Positions 9,325 through 18,251 of a stretch of 64,000 nt of DNA are shown here, in pieces. Position 1 is the stretch's first letter. Each line of letters begins with the position of its first letter. Under the pieces are notes generated by a model that saw only the letters and a program-made list of their open reading frames with translations, was not told the origin of the DNA and searched no databases. The position numbers and the translations under genes are program-made. The stretch is taken from the IMG/VR virus record IMGVR_UViG_3300050491_000011. The stretch is one strand, 5' to 3'. Source of the DNA: a virus. Its lineage: Duplodnaviria; Caudoviricetes.

Positions 9325-9725
9325 GGCGGTACAGTGAACTACTGTTAAACAAACCTCTAGGTGATGGACCTAAGCCTCAGATCGATATGACCAAGGGCGG
9401 TCAGGGCTGGGTTCCTTGGCAGGCAGCGATGTACCCAGGTTCTAAGTTGTTCGAGTTGAAGGCTACCCACGGCCTTCCTCTCGATATAGCTGTGGACCGG
9501 GTCATCAATCTGGAGAAGCTTCGTATCGAATGGCCAAGCTTTATTGAAACGGCCAGGAAGAACGGGTGGTGGGATTACATGACGATCGAGGCTATGGAAG
9601 TAGCCCTGACGGATGCTGACGTAAACCGGTTGCTGCGGGATGAGATTATCCTTAGCGCCAAACAGTATATGTTGGCCAATCCAATCGATCTATCCACAGC
9701 TCTGGTCAGCAAGACAGGAGAGTAA
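9321..9725 (+). CDS. Small protein with an alanyl-tRNA-synthetase-like helical motif
   Basis: GSKLFELKATHGLPLDIA resembles AlaRS G-x-x-AFxLYDTYGFPxDLT; ATGA coupling. Confidence 0.6.
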   Translation: MRRYSELLLNKPLGDGPKPQIDMTKGGQGWVPWQAAMYPGSKLFELKATHGLPLDIAVDRVINLEKLRIEWPSFIETARKNGWWDYMTIEAMEVALTDADVNRLLRDEIILSAKQYMLANPIDLSTALVSKTGE

Positions 9726-9727
9726 CC

Positions 9728-9859
9728 ATGTTGATGAACGTCCTCTTGGGGCCTGACGGCTTACCAGCCATGTCACCAGTTCCCGGTGTAACTGAAGTGC
9801 CACCAGAGCCAGAAGTAGCCGAGGAACCTACCGAAGAAGTTGAACCGGTAGACGAGTAA
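9728..9859 (+). CDS. 43-aa Pro/Glu-rich small protein not in the ORF track
   Basis: MLMNVLLGPDGLPAMSPVPGVTEVPPEPEVAEEPTEEVEPVDE; AGGAG SD; fills the gap up to the terminator. Confidence 0.55.
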   Translation: MLMNVLLGPDGLPAMSPVPGVTEVPPEPEVAEEPTEEVEPVDE

Positions 9860-9862
9860 ACA

Positions 9863-9900
9863 GCATACAGAGCGGGGCAGTGCCCCGCTCTGCTTTATGC
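9863..9900. terminator. Bidirectional hairpin GCATA-CAGAGCGGGGC-AGT-GCCCCGCTCTG-...-TATGC between convergent genes
   Basis: Inverted repeat read directly. Confidence 0.8.
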
Positions 9901-10980
9901 CTTGGGCATGCGTTCTACAACCAGTCTCTGAAGCCGCTCATTCAAGAAAGAGGAGGCAGCTCCAGTAAGACCATTATCAAACGTCTTCTCTTCCTTGACT
10001 TGGATGAAGGTTCGTTTGAGGATGGTTGTTTCTGGGAGGATGCGGTCATATCCGCTCTTAGCAGCCAATGCCAACATCACCGCAACGGAATCCATCTTCT
10101 GCGCCATGAGTGCCCACTCTACTTGATAGGTAGGAGTCATGGATGGAAGACAAACGCTGTCGAGGTAGTTGCTGCCAAAGATAGTCGGAATAGAAGCCAT
10201 CATCTGCCCACCAGTCATTGCCTTACCCGATACCTTATTAAAGACATCAAAGATAATAGCCTGACCTTCAGCATTGACGGATGTCTGGCTGGATGGGAGG
10301 TTGGTCCTGACGCTACACTCTTCACGAATGTTTAGATCGACCATCAGCTTATTGAACAGAGCCACGTTCAAGTGACTCTTAACCATGTTCAGTAGAACTA
10401 CCTGAGTCAGGAAAGCTTCAATCAACTTGCCGGGGTTAGCTGCCTGCCACATCTTCCACTGTGCCGCTAATAGAGGAATGTCGATGTTGATGACAGCCAA
10501 GTCTGGCTTATCGATAGTGATGGAGTTCTTGACACCCAGCTCTACCATCGTCAGATCACTGATTGGATGGTTGACCACGGTTACTGCCTGAAGGTCCTTC
10601 CAACCACGCCACAGATCCATGACGGTGTAGGATTCATCCCGCGAATACAGGATGATCTCAGGACAACCCGGATAGAAGACGCCTTCTGTGAATAGGGTCC
10701 CTTTGCTGAAGCTGGAGGCAATCCCCAGACCTGAACACATTCGTCTGGCAGAGATCTCACAGTCAGACATGTACTTGACCAGATCCCCACTGAATTCCAC
10801 GTTGAGGCTGATCAGGATCTTGGACAATAAGTGAGAGCTGTCAACACGACCCGGATAACTGGTGCGCTCGGTTACGTACCGCTGGTAGTTCTCGTTAACC
10901 CGCCCACGCAGATAGTCCATCCGGGGGAAGGCAAACGGAGAATTCTCGAACCGTGTGGTTCTATTAAGTAGCTGATACAT
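9895..10980 (-). CDS. Conserved protein divergent from chimallin, probably virion-associated (phiKZ gp52-like position)
   Basis: 361-aa ORF; synteny with the chmA block. Confidence 0.6.
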   Translation of the reverse strand: MYQLLNRTTRFENSPFAFPRMDYLRGRVNENYQRYVTERTSYPGRVDSSHLLSKILISLNVEFSGDLVKYMSDCEISARRMCSGLGIASSFSKGTLFTEGVFYPGCPEIILYSRDESYTVMDLWRGWKDLQAVTVVNHPISDLTMVELGVKNSITIDKPDLAVINIDIPLLAAQWKMWQAANPGKLIEAFLTQVVLLNMVKSHLNVALFNKLMVDLNIREECSVRTNLPSSQTSVNAEGQAIIFDVFNKVSGKAMTGGQMMASIPTIFGSNYLDSVCLPSMTPTYQVEWALMAQKMDSVAVMLALAAKSGYDRILPETTILKRTFIQVKEEKTFDNGLTGAASSFLNERLQRLVVERMPKA

Positions 10981-11145
10981 TTCAATGCCCCGGATAGATG
11001 GTTGCGTAAAAAGTTACACATGTTCACTATTATATAGTAGATCCCTCGAAGACACTCGTAACCCGAGTGTCTCGACAGCGTCTGCTACCCCTGCACGCTG
11101 TTTAGAGTCATTTTATTTGGATCGCGACCAACTTATTTTGGATGA

Positions 11146-11215
11146 TACATTACCGTCTAGCATATAGAAACACGCTGATGGATTTGAATCTAAAAACATT
11201 ACAGGTATACATTAC
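11146..11215 (+). promoter_or_regulatory. Tandem TACATTAC motifs (11146-11153, 11208-11215; variant AACATTAC at 11195) upstream of chimallin
   Basis: Read directly in the AT-rich intergenic region; resembles the phiKZ early promoter. Confidence 0.6.
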
Positions 11216-11461
11216 CTTGATGAGTTTAACCATTAAAGATAAGGAACGTCGAATTGATCTAGGTAAAAAGTCACACAGCAACAGAATCTTAAGACCCGTA
11301 GCGTAAAGCCGATTAAGGTACATTCGGTTCAAGCCCGTGCTATTCACGACGGTGGGTATTGCCGGGAATCCCTGATAGCGATAAGGGTAAGAGTACCGTA
11401 ACGCCGTATTGGCACCATCGCAATAAATGTGTACACAAAAAATCTTTAGGAGAGCAGTACT

Positions 11462-13474
11462 GTGAGCAAAGAAAACGACGGCTTCGAAATGAAAGACGAA
11501 CCAACCACCCAACGCGCTGAAGCACCAGCTTCTGAGCGTCGCGAAGAACGCCGTGAAGAGCCACGCCGTGAAGAACGTAGCACCCGCCGTGATCGCGATG
11601 ATCGTGAAGAAGGCGAAGAACGTGCGTTCACAATTGCAGACATCGGCCGTACCCTGAACGTTCGTCCTTCGAGCGGTGGCCTGTCCGACGCAGCTCTGTC
11701 TGCTCTGATGACCGCGTTCGAGAAGAACAAGGCATTCGACAAACCGAACCTGCCTGATGCAATCAAGCGCGACCGTTTCAAAGTGATTCCGCTGGACGGC
11801 TCCCTGGCCAAGTCCTCGCTGAACTCGCTGCTGGTAACTCTGCCAATCGTCATCGGCGCTGGCAAGGCTACCCTGGTTTACGTTCTGACCATCGAACCAG
11901 CTGGCGGCCATGGCACTCGCAGCCAGGTCGATCGCGGTACGACCTACGACGCCATCGTCCTCCCTGAGGACCAACTGGCTACCAAGCCGTACAAACGCGC
12001 CATCGAAGATCAGGTCTCCGGCCTGAACAAAGATGCCAAGGTTGTGGTGATCGGTTCGCAAGTTCTGCTGTCGTCGGTTGTGGCGAAGCTGAACAAAGAA
12101 GAAAACAGCGCCGTCGTCGATCGTATCTTCGACAACGCCCTCGATGCACTGTGCGGCTATCGCGAAAACCTGGTCGACAAGGCCGGTGGTTCCCGCAACA
12201 GCGCATTCCGCATCAGCCCGAAAATGATCGGCCGCACCGGTCGTCTGGAAACCACCTGGAACTACAGTGGCCAGCCAGGCGAAGACAGCTCGGGTCAACC
12301 GATCCGTTCTGACTGCACCGGTAACCTGTTCTACAGCGAAGCCAGCAACGAAGACGACAACCAGTACGACCGTACCCCAATGGGCGAAATCCGTGCCGGT
12401 ATCGACCTCTTCCTGGCCGACAACCGTGAACAGCAGAACGGTCCTTCGTTCAGCCGTCGCCGCAAGTCGCAAGAAGATGGTGAACCGTTCATCCAAGCGG
12501 TATTGAACATCACCTCGATCGCGCCTGCTGCGAACTTCCCGTTCTCCCTGGAACTGGCGCTGCTGCTGTTGGCTCAGGCCAACCTGCAATCGAACGACTA
12601 CCGCTGGGCTTCCCAGCTGCGTCCTCGCACTGCAATCAGCAACCCAGACGGCACCGGCGTGATGAAGCCTACCAGCAACATCAACTGCCTGCACCTCTTG
12701 AATCCGAACCGCGACTTCGCCAAGATCTTCGACGACGTGTCTCCGAACATGGACGACAACGATCTGAGCGATTACCTCGCGTTCACCGTGTTCCCGAAAC
12801 TGGCGATCGGCATGATGATCCCATCTTCGGGCGAGAAGTCCTCGGTTCTGTCGATCTTCGAAAGCATCGCGACCACTCGCGATACCGACGTTGCTCGTCG
12901 CCACACCAAGACGCTGTTCGAAGCTGCCGACGTTCTGTCGGGTAACCGCTTCAGCCGCGCCTACAAGGACCTGGCTGGTTCCGTCGACGTAGCTCCAGTT
13001 CGTTCGATGGGTACTCGTCAACTGATCGGTACTTGGGTCGACACTCAGGGCAACCTGCGTGACCTGCGTGAATGGAACGTCCAGTCTCTCCTCACCGAAG
13101 TTGGCGAGAAGAACATCGATCTGGTGCAGGACTTCCAGTACACCTACGAAAACGACCGCAACACCGTGGACTTCTGCCTGGCAGAACGTCTGGGCTACCT
13201 CCAGAAGGTTGTTCCGGGCATCCGCGTTACCACCACTGCACCGCTGCTGGGCTTCGAGCCTGACTTCCTGGAAGCGCTGTCGCGTTCCCTGGACGCAGCT
13301 GACATGTCGAGCTACATGACTGCCGAAGGCGGTCTGAACACTCGTCGTCACGTTGGTGGCAGCGCCTACTCGCAGCTGGCAACTTCCGACATCGGCATCA
13401 GCCGTCGTCGTGGTTCCGACCGTACCACTGCCGATCGTGGCCGTGGCGGTCTGTTCGACTCGATCGACTACTAA
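11462..13474 (+). CDS. chmA: Chimallin, major phage-nucleus shell protein
   Basis: 670 aa with strong codon bias, immediately upstream of the nvRNAP beta' N-terminal gene as in phiKZ gp54 and 201phi2-1 gp105; disordered termini; own terminator. Confidence 0.85.
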   Translation: MSKENDGFEMKDEPTTQRAEAPASERREERREEPRREERSTRRDRDDREEGEERAFTIADIGRTLNVRPSSGGLSDAALSALMTAFEKNKAFDKPNLPDAIKRDRFKVIPLDGSLAKSSLNSLLVTLPIVIGAGKATLVYVLTIEPAGGHGTRSQVDRGTTYDAIVLPEDQLATKPYKRAIEDQVSGLNKDAKVVVIGSQVLLSSVVAKLNKEENSAVVDRIFDNALDALCGYRENLVDKAGGSRNSAFRISPKMIGRTGRLETTWNYSGQPGEDSSGQPIRSDCTGNLFYSEASNEDDNQYDRTPMGEIRAGIDLFLADNREQQNGPSFSRRRKSQEDGEPFIQAVLNITSIAPAANFPFSLELALLLLAQANLQSNDYRWASQLRPRTAISNPDGTGVMKPTSNINCLHLLNPNRDFAKIFDDVSPNMDDNDLSDYLAFTVFPKLAIGMMIPSSGEKSSVLSIFESIATTRDTDVARRHTKTLFEAADVLSGNRFSRAYKDLAGSVDVAPVRSMGTRQLIGTWVDTQGNLRDLREWNVQSLLTEVGEKNIDLVQDFQYTYENDRNTVDFCLAERLGYLQKVVPGIRVTTTAPLLGFEPDFLEALSRSLDAADMSSYMTAEGGLNTRRHVGGSAYSQLATSDIGISRRRGSDRTTADRGRGGLFDSIDY

Positions 13475-13498
13475 GTCGGCAGATGCGGTAAACTGACA

Positions 13499-13540
13499 CG
13501 GGAGGAGGGGTTACCCCTCCTCCTGTTTCTTTTTTCTTTA
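13499..13540 (+). terminator. Rho-independent terminator after chmA
   Basis: GGAGGAGGGG-TTAC-CCCTCCTCC plus T tract. Confidence 0.85.
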
Positions 13541-13555
13541 TCTGCGAGAAGTGCC

Positions 13556-15046
13556 ATGGATTTGATTAATTACGATATCTACGAGCCACGTCAGCGTTAT
13601 CCGGGGCGGAAGGGTATCTATCCGATGATTGAAGACTTCGACAAGATGTTCAAGAACTTGAGCATTAAGCCGATGTTAGCAAACGATCTGGATCTCGAAA
13701 CAGATGAAGGTAAGCAGAAGTTCAACGATCTGGTCTACACTAAGTACGACGGGGATGTATTCTCGAACGTGCCATCGTGCCCATGCCGTAAGACTTCCGG
13801 TGGTAGCCGTATTCATGACAACTGCATTCACTGTGGTTATGAAGTTCTGCCGATCACTGAACAGACGATCGAACCTATCGTCTGGGTAATGGCGCCCCCA
13901 GAAGTTCCTGGGTTCATCAACTTGACAATCTACCGGTTGCTCAAGGCCAGATTCACCAAGTCCTCATTCAGCGTCTTCGACTACATCCTTGATCCAAAGT
14001 ACCGCCCTCCTAAGCTTAACAGCAAAGAAGAGCGTCTTATTGAAGCGATCGTACCTACTCGTGGGTTGGTCTACTTCCATAAGAACTTCGATGAGATCAT
14101 GTCCAAGTTGTGCGCAATCAGGCACTTCGTAACAGCGGCCAAAGCTGCTAGCACGATGCGATTCATCGATCTACACAAACACCTGATCTTCTGTCGTTAC
14201 ATGCCGTTCCCATCCAAGATTGGTTTCATCGTCGAAGATGTGGGCGACCGTACGTATGTCGATCCAAAGATGGCGCCCGCACTGGATGCGCTCATCTGTC
14301 TTGGCAAGGTAGCATCGGCCAAGCGCATCTCGCTGTACGATCTTGAATCCCGGATCGCACGGTCAAGCAATAAGCTCTGCACCTATTACTCTGGTAACGA
14401 GCATCTCAAAATCTTTGACAAGAAAGGAGTATTGCGAAAACTGGTTTACGGTGTATCCCCGCACTTTACCTTCCGGACGGTGATTACCTCGAACCACAAA
14501 CCTCACGATCACGAGTCTCTCGAGATTCCATGGGGTTCCGCTGTTCTGACGTTTAAGCTACACATCGCGAACAAGCTACGGAAGGAGAAGTATACTCCTA
14601 ACGAAATCTTGACGCTGATCTACGATAACGTCCTCCGCACACACCACCGCATTGAGAAGATCTTCGACGAGCTGATCGCCGAGTCTCCGGGTGGACGTGG
14701 GATGATGGCAGGCTTTACGCGGTTTCCATCGCTTAAGCGTGGTTCTACGCAAGGCTTCTATATCGACACGATCAAACGTGACCCTACCCAATTGAGTACA
14801 TCCATCTCTGTGTTGACGCTTGTAGCGCCTAACGCCGACTTCGATGGTGACTACATGTCTGGACAATTGGCACTGGATAACGTGACTACACGGGCTTTCG
14901 AGCGCCTGAAACCAAGTACTGGGTTCATGGATCTCAAGAAGGTCTTCGGAGTGAGCAACCACGCCAACATACCGGCGCCGGTGATCTCAACTATCAACGC
15001 ACGTATTGAGGAAGGAAACGACCTATCAGTACCCATGGGAGATTGA
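13556..15046 (+). CDS. Non-virion RNA polymerase beta' N-terminal subunit (phiKZ gp55-like)
   Basis: Catalytic NADFDGD motif; N-terminal zinc-binding CPC...CIHC; uninterrupted ORF. Confidence 0.92.
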   Translation: MDLINYDIYEPRQRYPGRKGIYPMIEDFDKMFKNLSIKPMLANDLDLETDEGKQKFNDLVYTKYDGDVFSNVPSCPCRKTSGGSRIHDNCIHCGYEVLPITEQTIEPIVWVMAPPEVPGFINLTIYRLLKARFTKSSFSVFDYILDPKYRPPKLNSKEERLIEAIVPTRGLVYFHKNFDEIMSKLCAIRHFVTAAKAASTMRFIDLHKHLIFCRYMPFPSKIGFIVEDVGDRTYVDPKMAPALDALICLGKVASAKRISLYDLESRIARSSNKLCTYYSGNEHLKIFDKKGVLRKLVYGVSPHFTFRTVITSNHKPHDHESLEIPWGSAVLTFKLHIANKLRKEKYTPNEILTLIYDNVLRTHHRIEKIFDELIAESPGGRGMMAGFTRFPSLKRGSTQGFYIDTIKRDPTQLSTSISVLTLVAPNADFDGDYMSGQLALDNVTTRAFERLKPSTGFMDLKKVFGVSNHANIPAPVISTINARIEEGNDLSVPMGD

Positions 15047-15047
15047 C

Positions 15048-15674
15048 ATGGCTTACATCGTAAGTGCTGATGATGACGTAATCCACGCTGCCACTCACGG
15101 CATCATGGACAGGGATGACTTGAGCTTCCTGCGAGATCGCATGGACAGCGCAATGACATCTGCTGGCGGATATGCATCCAGCTTCTTAAAGGCAGCTAGC
15201 GAAAAGCTGGCTAACTTCGATCTCGGCCGTCTACGGGATCGCGTGAGCGGCCTGCGGGATAGGTTCGGGAAACGTTGGGATGAAGATCGCATCGTTCTTC
15301 TGGCAACTCGTGAAGGGTTGCGTAATGCTAAACCGAAGATGCGTCGATTCACAATGGCTGAACCAAGAACCCGACTTCTCTGGCAACAGGGACGCTTGGA
15401 AGGCTATGGCGAATTGTACGAAGACGAAGAACCAGGCATGATCGGACGGGATCACACTCCGTACCGTGAAATCATGAACGGCGCTTACGTCAGCCACGAC
15501 ATTCCGGATGAGGATCACTTCGTGACCTACCTCGGCGTGCAGGATGAACATGGTGATGAACCATGTACGTTCAATGAGAAAGAAATGACCCGTCATGGGA
15601 CATGGGCAGCTCAGCGTGGTTTCATCGATGAAGGCAAGCAAGATCCACTCAGCCCGATTGGTAACACACTGTAA
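15048..15674 (+). CDS. Conserved Chimalliviridae core protein downstream of beta'
   Basis: ATG 15048 with GGAG SD (track start 15006); C-terminal DPLSPxGNTL motif; synteny. Confidence 0.7.
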   Translation: MAYIVSADDDVIHAATHGIMDRDDLSFLRDRMDSAMTSAGGYASSFLKAASEKLANFDLGRLRDRVSGLRDRFGKRWDEDRIVLLATREGLRNAKPKMRRFTMAEPRTRLLWQQGRLEGYGELYEDEEPGMIGRDHTPYREIMNGAYVSHDIPDEDHFVTYLGVQDEHGDEPCTFNEKEMTRHGTWAAQRGFIDEGKQDPLSPIGNTL

Positions 15675-15676
15675 AA

Positions 15677-15706
15677 CGTAGAGCCCGGTGAAAGCCGGGC
15701 TTTATG
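15677..15706 (+). terminator. Hairpin CGTAGAGCCCGG-TGAAAG-CCGGGCTTTATG
   Basis: Inverted repeat after the stop at 15674. Confidence 0.7.
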
Positions 15707-15738
15707 CCACCCACTTTATTTTTGTTAGGAATAGATGT

Positions 15739-16275
15739 ATGTTTTTAGTTAACGCGATGTTCAAACAACCCACCGCAGAAGATCCTGAAGCATTCGTAGA
15801 AATGACCCTCGAAGGGTCAAGCTTCGATACACGCGAAGATATCCTTCCAGAGTTAGGTATTGCTCTGAGTACAACTGACATCAGGTTTAGCTGGGAAGAA
15901 GCCCATGGTTTCGTAGCCGTATTACGTGGATATGGTAAAGACATATCCACGTACATGGTTCCTTTCAAGTTCGATAGTGCTGAATTCGGTGCTGATGAGT
16001 TCAGTCTGTTAGACGGACATCGTGTTGCCGAAAGAATCGGCATGATCGTTGCCGGTCAAGTGGAAGAGTATGATAGACCATCGTGCATCTACTTCATGGA
16101 TGAGTTGGAAGATATCAGCTATAAACCTTACGTCAAAGGAATGTATCGTAACCGTAAGTACGGGGCAGCTTTCTTCGTACATGGAGCAAGGCGGGGAATA
16201 CACGCTAAACCACCATCTAAAGATCCAGGAGCTGAACATGTCGAAACACGTAGGGCAATACACGACCCGTTGTGA
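15739..16275 (+). CDS. Hypothetical protein
   Basis: The track GTG at 15688 lies inside the terminator hairpin; in-frame ATG 15739 follows AGGA. Confidence 0.65.
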   Translation: MFLVNAMFKQPTAEDPEAFVEMTLEGSSFDTREDILPELGIALSTTDIRFSWEEAHGFVAVLRGYGKDISTYMVPFKFDSAEFGADEFSLLDGHRVAERIGMIVAGQVEEYDRPSCIYFMDELEDISYKPYVKGMYRNRKYGAAFFVHGARRGIHAKPPSKDPGAEHVETRRAIHDPL

Positions 16276-16456
16276 AATCGCATTAGCTATCCTAAGCATG
16301 GAGGAGGATAACGCACTTACGCCAGAACAGGGCGATGTATTAGTTGTAGCCACGATGGAAGCTCCAGATGACGCTGTAATGGAAATCTCTCTCGCTGATA
16401 CCGGTTATCTGGTTAAGCTCACCTCAGGCAAGACTACTATCACGGTAGATCCGTAG
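16238..16456 (+). CDS. Small hypothetical protein (72 aa)
   Basis: AGGAG SD before ATG 16238 (track start 16049). Confidence 0.6.
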   Translation: MSKHVGQYTTRCEIALAILSMEEDNALTPEQGDVLVVATMEAPDDAVMEISLADTGYLVKLTSGKTTITVDP

Positions 16457-16459
16457 GCA

Positions 16460-16508
16460 GCATAAACACGGGGAGCTTCGGCTCCCTAGTGCTTACTTCT
16501 TTTTTTTG
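16460..16508 (+). terminator. Terminator with a C(UUCG)G tetraloop
   Basis: GGGAGC-TTCG-GCTCCC plus T tract; the same 17-mer recurs at 17515. Confidence 0.8.
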
Positions 16509-16546
16509 TCCAAATAGGATGTCCGATTCTATTAGGCAGATCCGTT

Positions 16547-16972
16547 ATGGCCACTAAAGTAGCAACACTCGGTAAGGCCGGTTGTGTCGAAGATATTGAT
16601 CTCAAGATCGATTACATGATGTGCTGTTACTTCTTTTCGAAATACAGCCAGACAACCTACTTCAAAGACAACGTACACTCGCTTACAAAGGTCATACAGC
16701 AATACGGCAACGATCCCTTTGCCATTGCTGAGAAGTTGAAACAAGACCTCTACAGCTTCCTCTCAGAAGGTTTCACGAATGTGACCTTGGATGTTACTTT
16801 GGACACCACAACGGTGGGTCCAGGTATTTCTTTACTAATCGAGGGAATAGTAAGCGACGGAGACAGCATCGATGTAGATTCACGAAGCATCGGTTACGCT
16901 CTCACCGCCAAAGATTCCATGCTTAAAACCATCCTAAACACCAACAGCGGTACTCCGCTGTACTCTTCCTAA
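16547..16972 (+). CDS. Conserved small protein, possibly gp25/gpW-like baseplate fold
   Basis: 141 aa; helix followed by alternating beta-strand pattern; the fold call is an inference. Confidence 0.5.
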   Translation: MATKVATLGKAGCVEDIDLKIDYMMCCYFFSKYSQTTYFKDNVHSLTKVIQQYGNDPFAIAEKLKQDLYSFLSEGFTNVTLDVTLDTTTVGPGISLLIEGIVSDGDSIDVDSRSIGYALTAKDSMLKTILNTNSGTPLYSS

Positions 16973-16981
16973 GGAAGCACC

Positions 16982-17500
16982 ATGTCCACCGAAATCAAAG
17001 AAGCAGCAGTTGAAGCAGCAGCCCCTCAAGCAATCATGATGCCAGAAACTCCTGAGCAGCTGAAAGTGTTCGTGGCCGCCGCCGTGACCGATCTGCTGAA
17101 CATCCCGGAAAACGCTACCCACTTCGCCCGCGTCGTTCTGTCCGGCGCCCTGCGCGCTCTGAACAACGAAGCTCAGCACAAAGCCCAACTGGCCATGCGT
17201 CCGGTCCTGACCCGCACTCCGTACCCAGGTTGCCTGCGCGCCGTGATCACCGCCAATGCCGAAGCCAGCGACGAGCCGCTGACCGTGGACATCACCATCC
17301 GCGAAGTTGGCAGCGAAGAGTGGACCGACTCGAAAGCCTCCCCAGTAGTTCTGCAAGAGCTGGCCAAGCTGGTTCTGTCGCAAGCTACCGTGCCTGGCGA
17401 CGTGTGGTACATCACCACCAACCAAGCGGTCGACAAGCAGCTGGACGCAGCCGCTGAAGCCCTGCTGAACCAGGCTCAAGCTGACGCCGAACCGGTTTAA
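16982..17500 (+). CDS. Ala-rich hypothetical protein
   Basis: AAGGAAG SD; strong codon bias. Confidence 0.75.
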   Translation: MSTEIKEAAVEAAAPQAIMMPETPEQLKVFVAAAVTDLLNIPENATHFARVVLSGALRALNNEAQHKAQLAMRPVLTRTPYPGCLRAVITANAEASDEPLTVDITIREVGSEEWTDSKASPVVLQELAKLVLSQATVPGDVWYITTNQAVDKQLDAAAEALLNQAQADAEPV

Positions 17501-17510
17501 TTACCGGCAT

Positions 17511-17535
17511 GACAGGGAGCTTCGGCTCCCTCGTC
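17511..17535 (+). terminator. UUCG hairpin
   Basis: GACAGGGAGC-TTCG-GCTCCCT(C)GTC. Confidence 0.65.
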
Positions 17536-17549
17536 TCAAGGAGTTCTTT

Positions 17550-18251
17550 ATGTCCCGCACTGGTTTACCTCGTGAAAGAAAGCCTGTAATCCGCAACAAG
17601 CCCCGTGAGGATCTTGAGGATAAGGGCTCTGAAGCTTATCGGGCTTATGTCGCGGAAGGTCTGGAACGGATGGCTAAGGCTGCCACAGAGATCAACGACT
17701 CCACGGCTGAGCGTAAGCGTAAAGTCCCTGAGCAATACTTCGTCAACATCCTACTGCCGGTTCTGCGTAAGTGGATTCGTCGGGAAGAAGTTGAAATCGG
17801 CCACTACCTGAACGTAGCCGATGGTCTCAACAATGAGATCGAAGTTGTCGATCAGGAAGGCGTGAAACTGTACGATGTGCCCCCATTGTTTGTAGACGTA
17901 CCCACTCGAGTGGCGCGTCATGAACCGGGTGTCAACATTCCGACCATCCACAAGATGGTTCAGATTCAGGGGATGCATGTTGATAACAACGACATGCGTC
18001 AGGTCTTTACGATCGAGAACGATCTGGTAGACATCCTGGCTCCGCGTGCAGAAGACGCCTCCAAGACGCGATGCTTGGTGATGTTGTGCCACATCTACGA
18101 CCGCTATGAGCTACCTCTTGAGGAACTCGTTGGCGAAACCCTCGCTCCCGTTATTGCAGCGGCCTTACGGGCTGCTAAAAAGCCCGGCTCTAAAGCCATT
18201 GTAGAGAGCGGTAATAATGCAAGATCAGACGACGACTTTATCATCGACTAA
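17550..18251 (+). CDS. Conserved hypothetical protein upstream of sbcD
   Basis: AAGGAG SD; 233 aa; synteny. Confidence 0.75.
   Translation: MSRTGLPRERKPVIRNKPREDLEDKGSEAYRAYVAEGLERMAKAATEINDSTAERKRKVPEQYFVNILLPVLRKWIRREEVEIGHYLNVADGLNNEIEVVDQEGVKLYDVPPLFVDVPTRVARHEPGVNIPTIHKMVQIQGMHVDNNDMRQVFTIENDLVDILAPRAEDASKTRCLVMLCHIYDRYELPLEELVGETLAPVIAAALRAAKKPGSKAIVESGNNARSDDDFIID

Noticed and set aside
12450-12470. SRRRKS in chimallin as a eukaryotic NLS
   Set aside because: There is no importin system in a bacterial host; noted only as a basic loop
11150-13351. 733-aa antisense ORF over chimallin, and similar long antisense ORFs (896-1756, 22897-24525, 27204-28502, 33515-34975, 52221-53618, 54119-55507, 62301-63425)
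   Set aside because: These are shadow frames mirroring strongly codon-biased genes that rarely use TTA/CTA/TCA; they have no SD, no motifs and atypical composition
15688-15738. Track start GTG 15688 for the 195-aa ORF
   Set aside because: It lies inside the terminator hairpin; ATG 15739 is better supported
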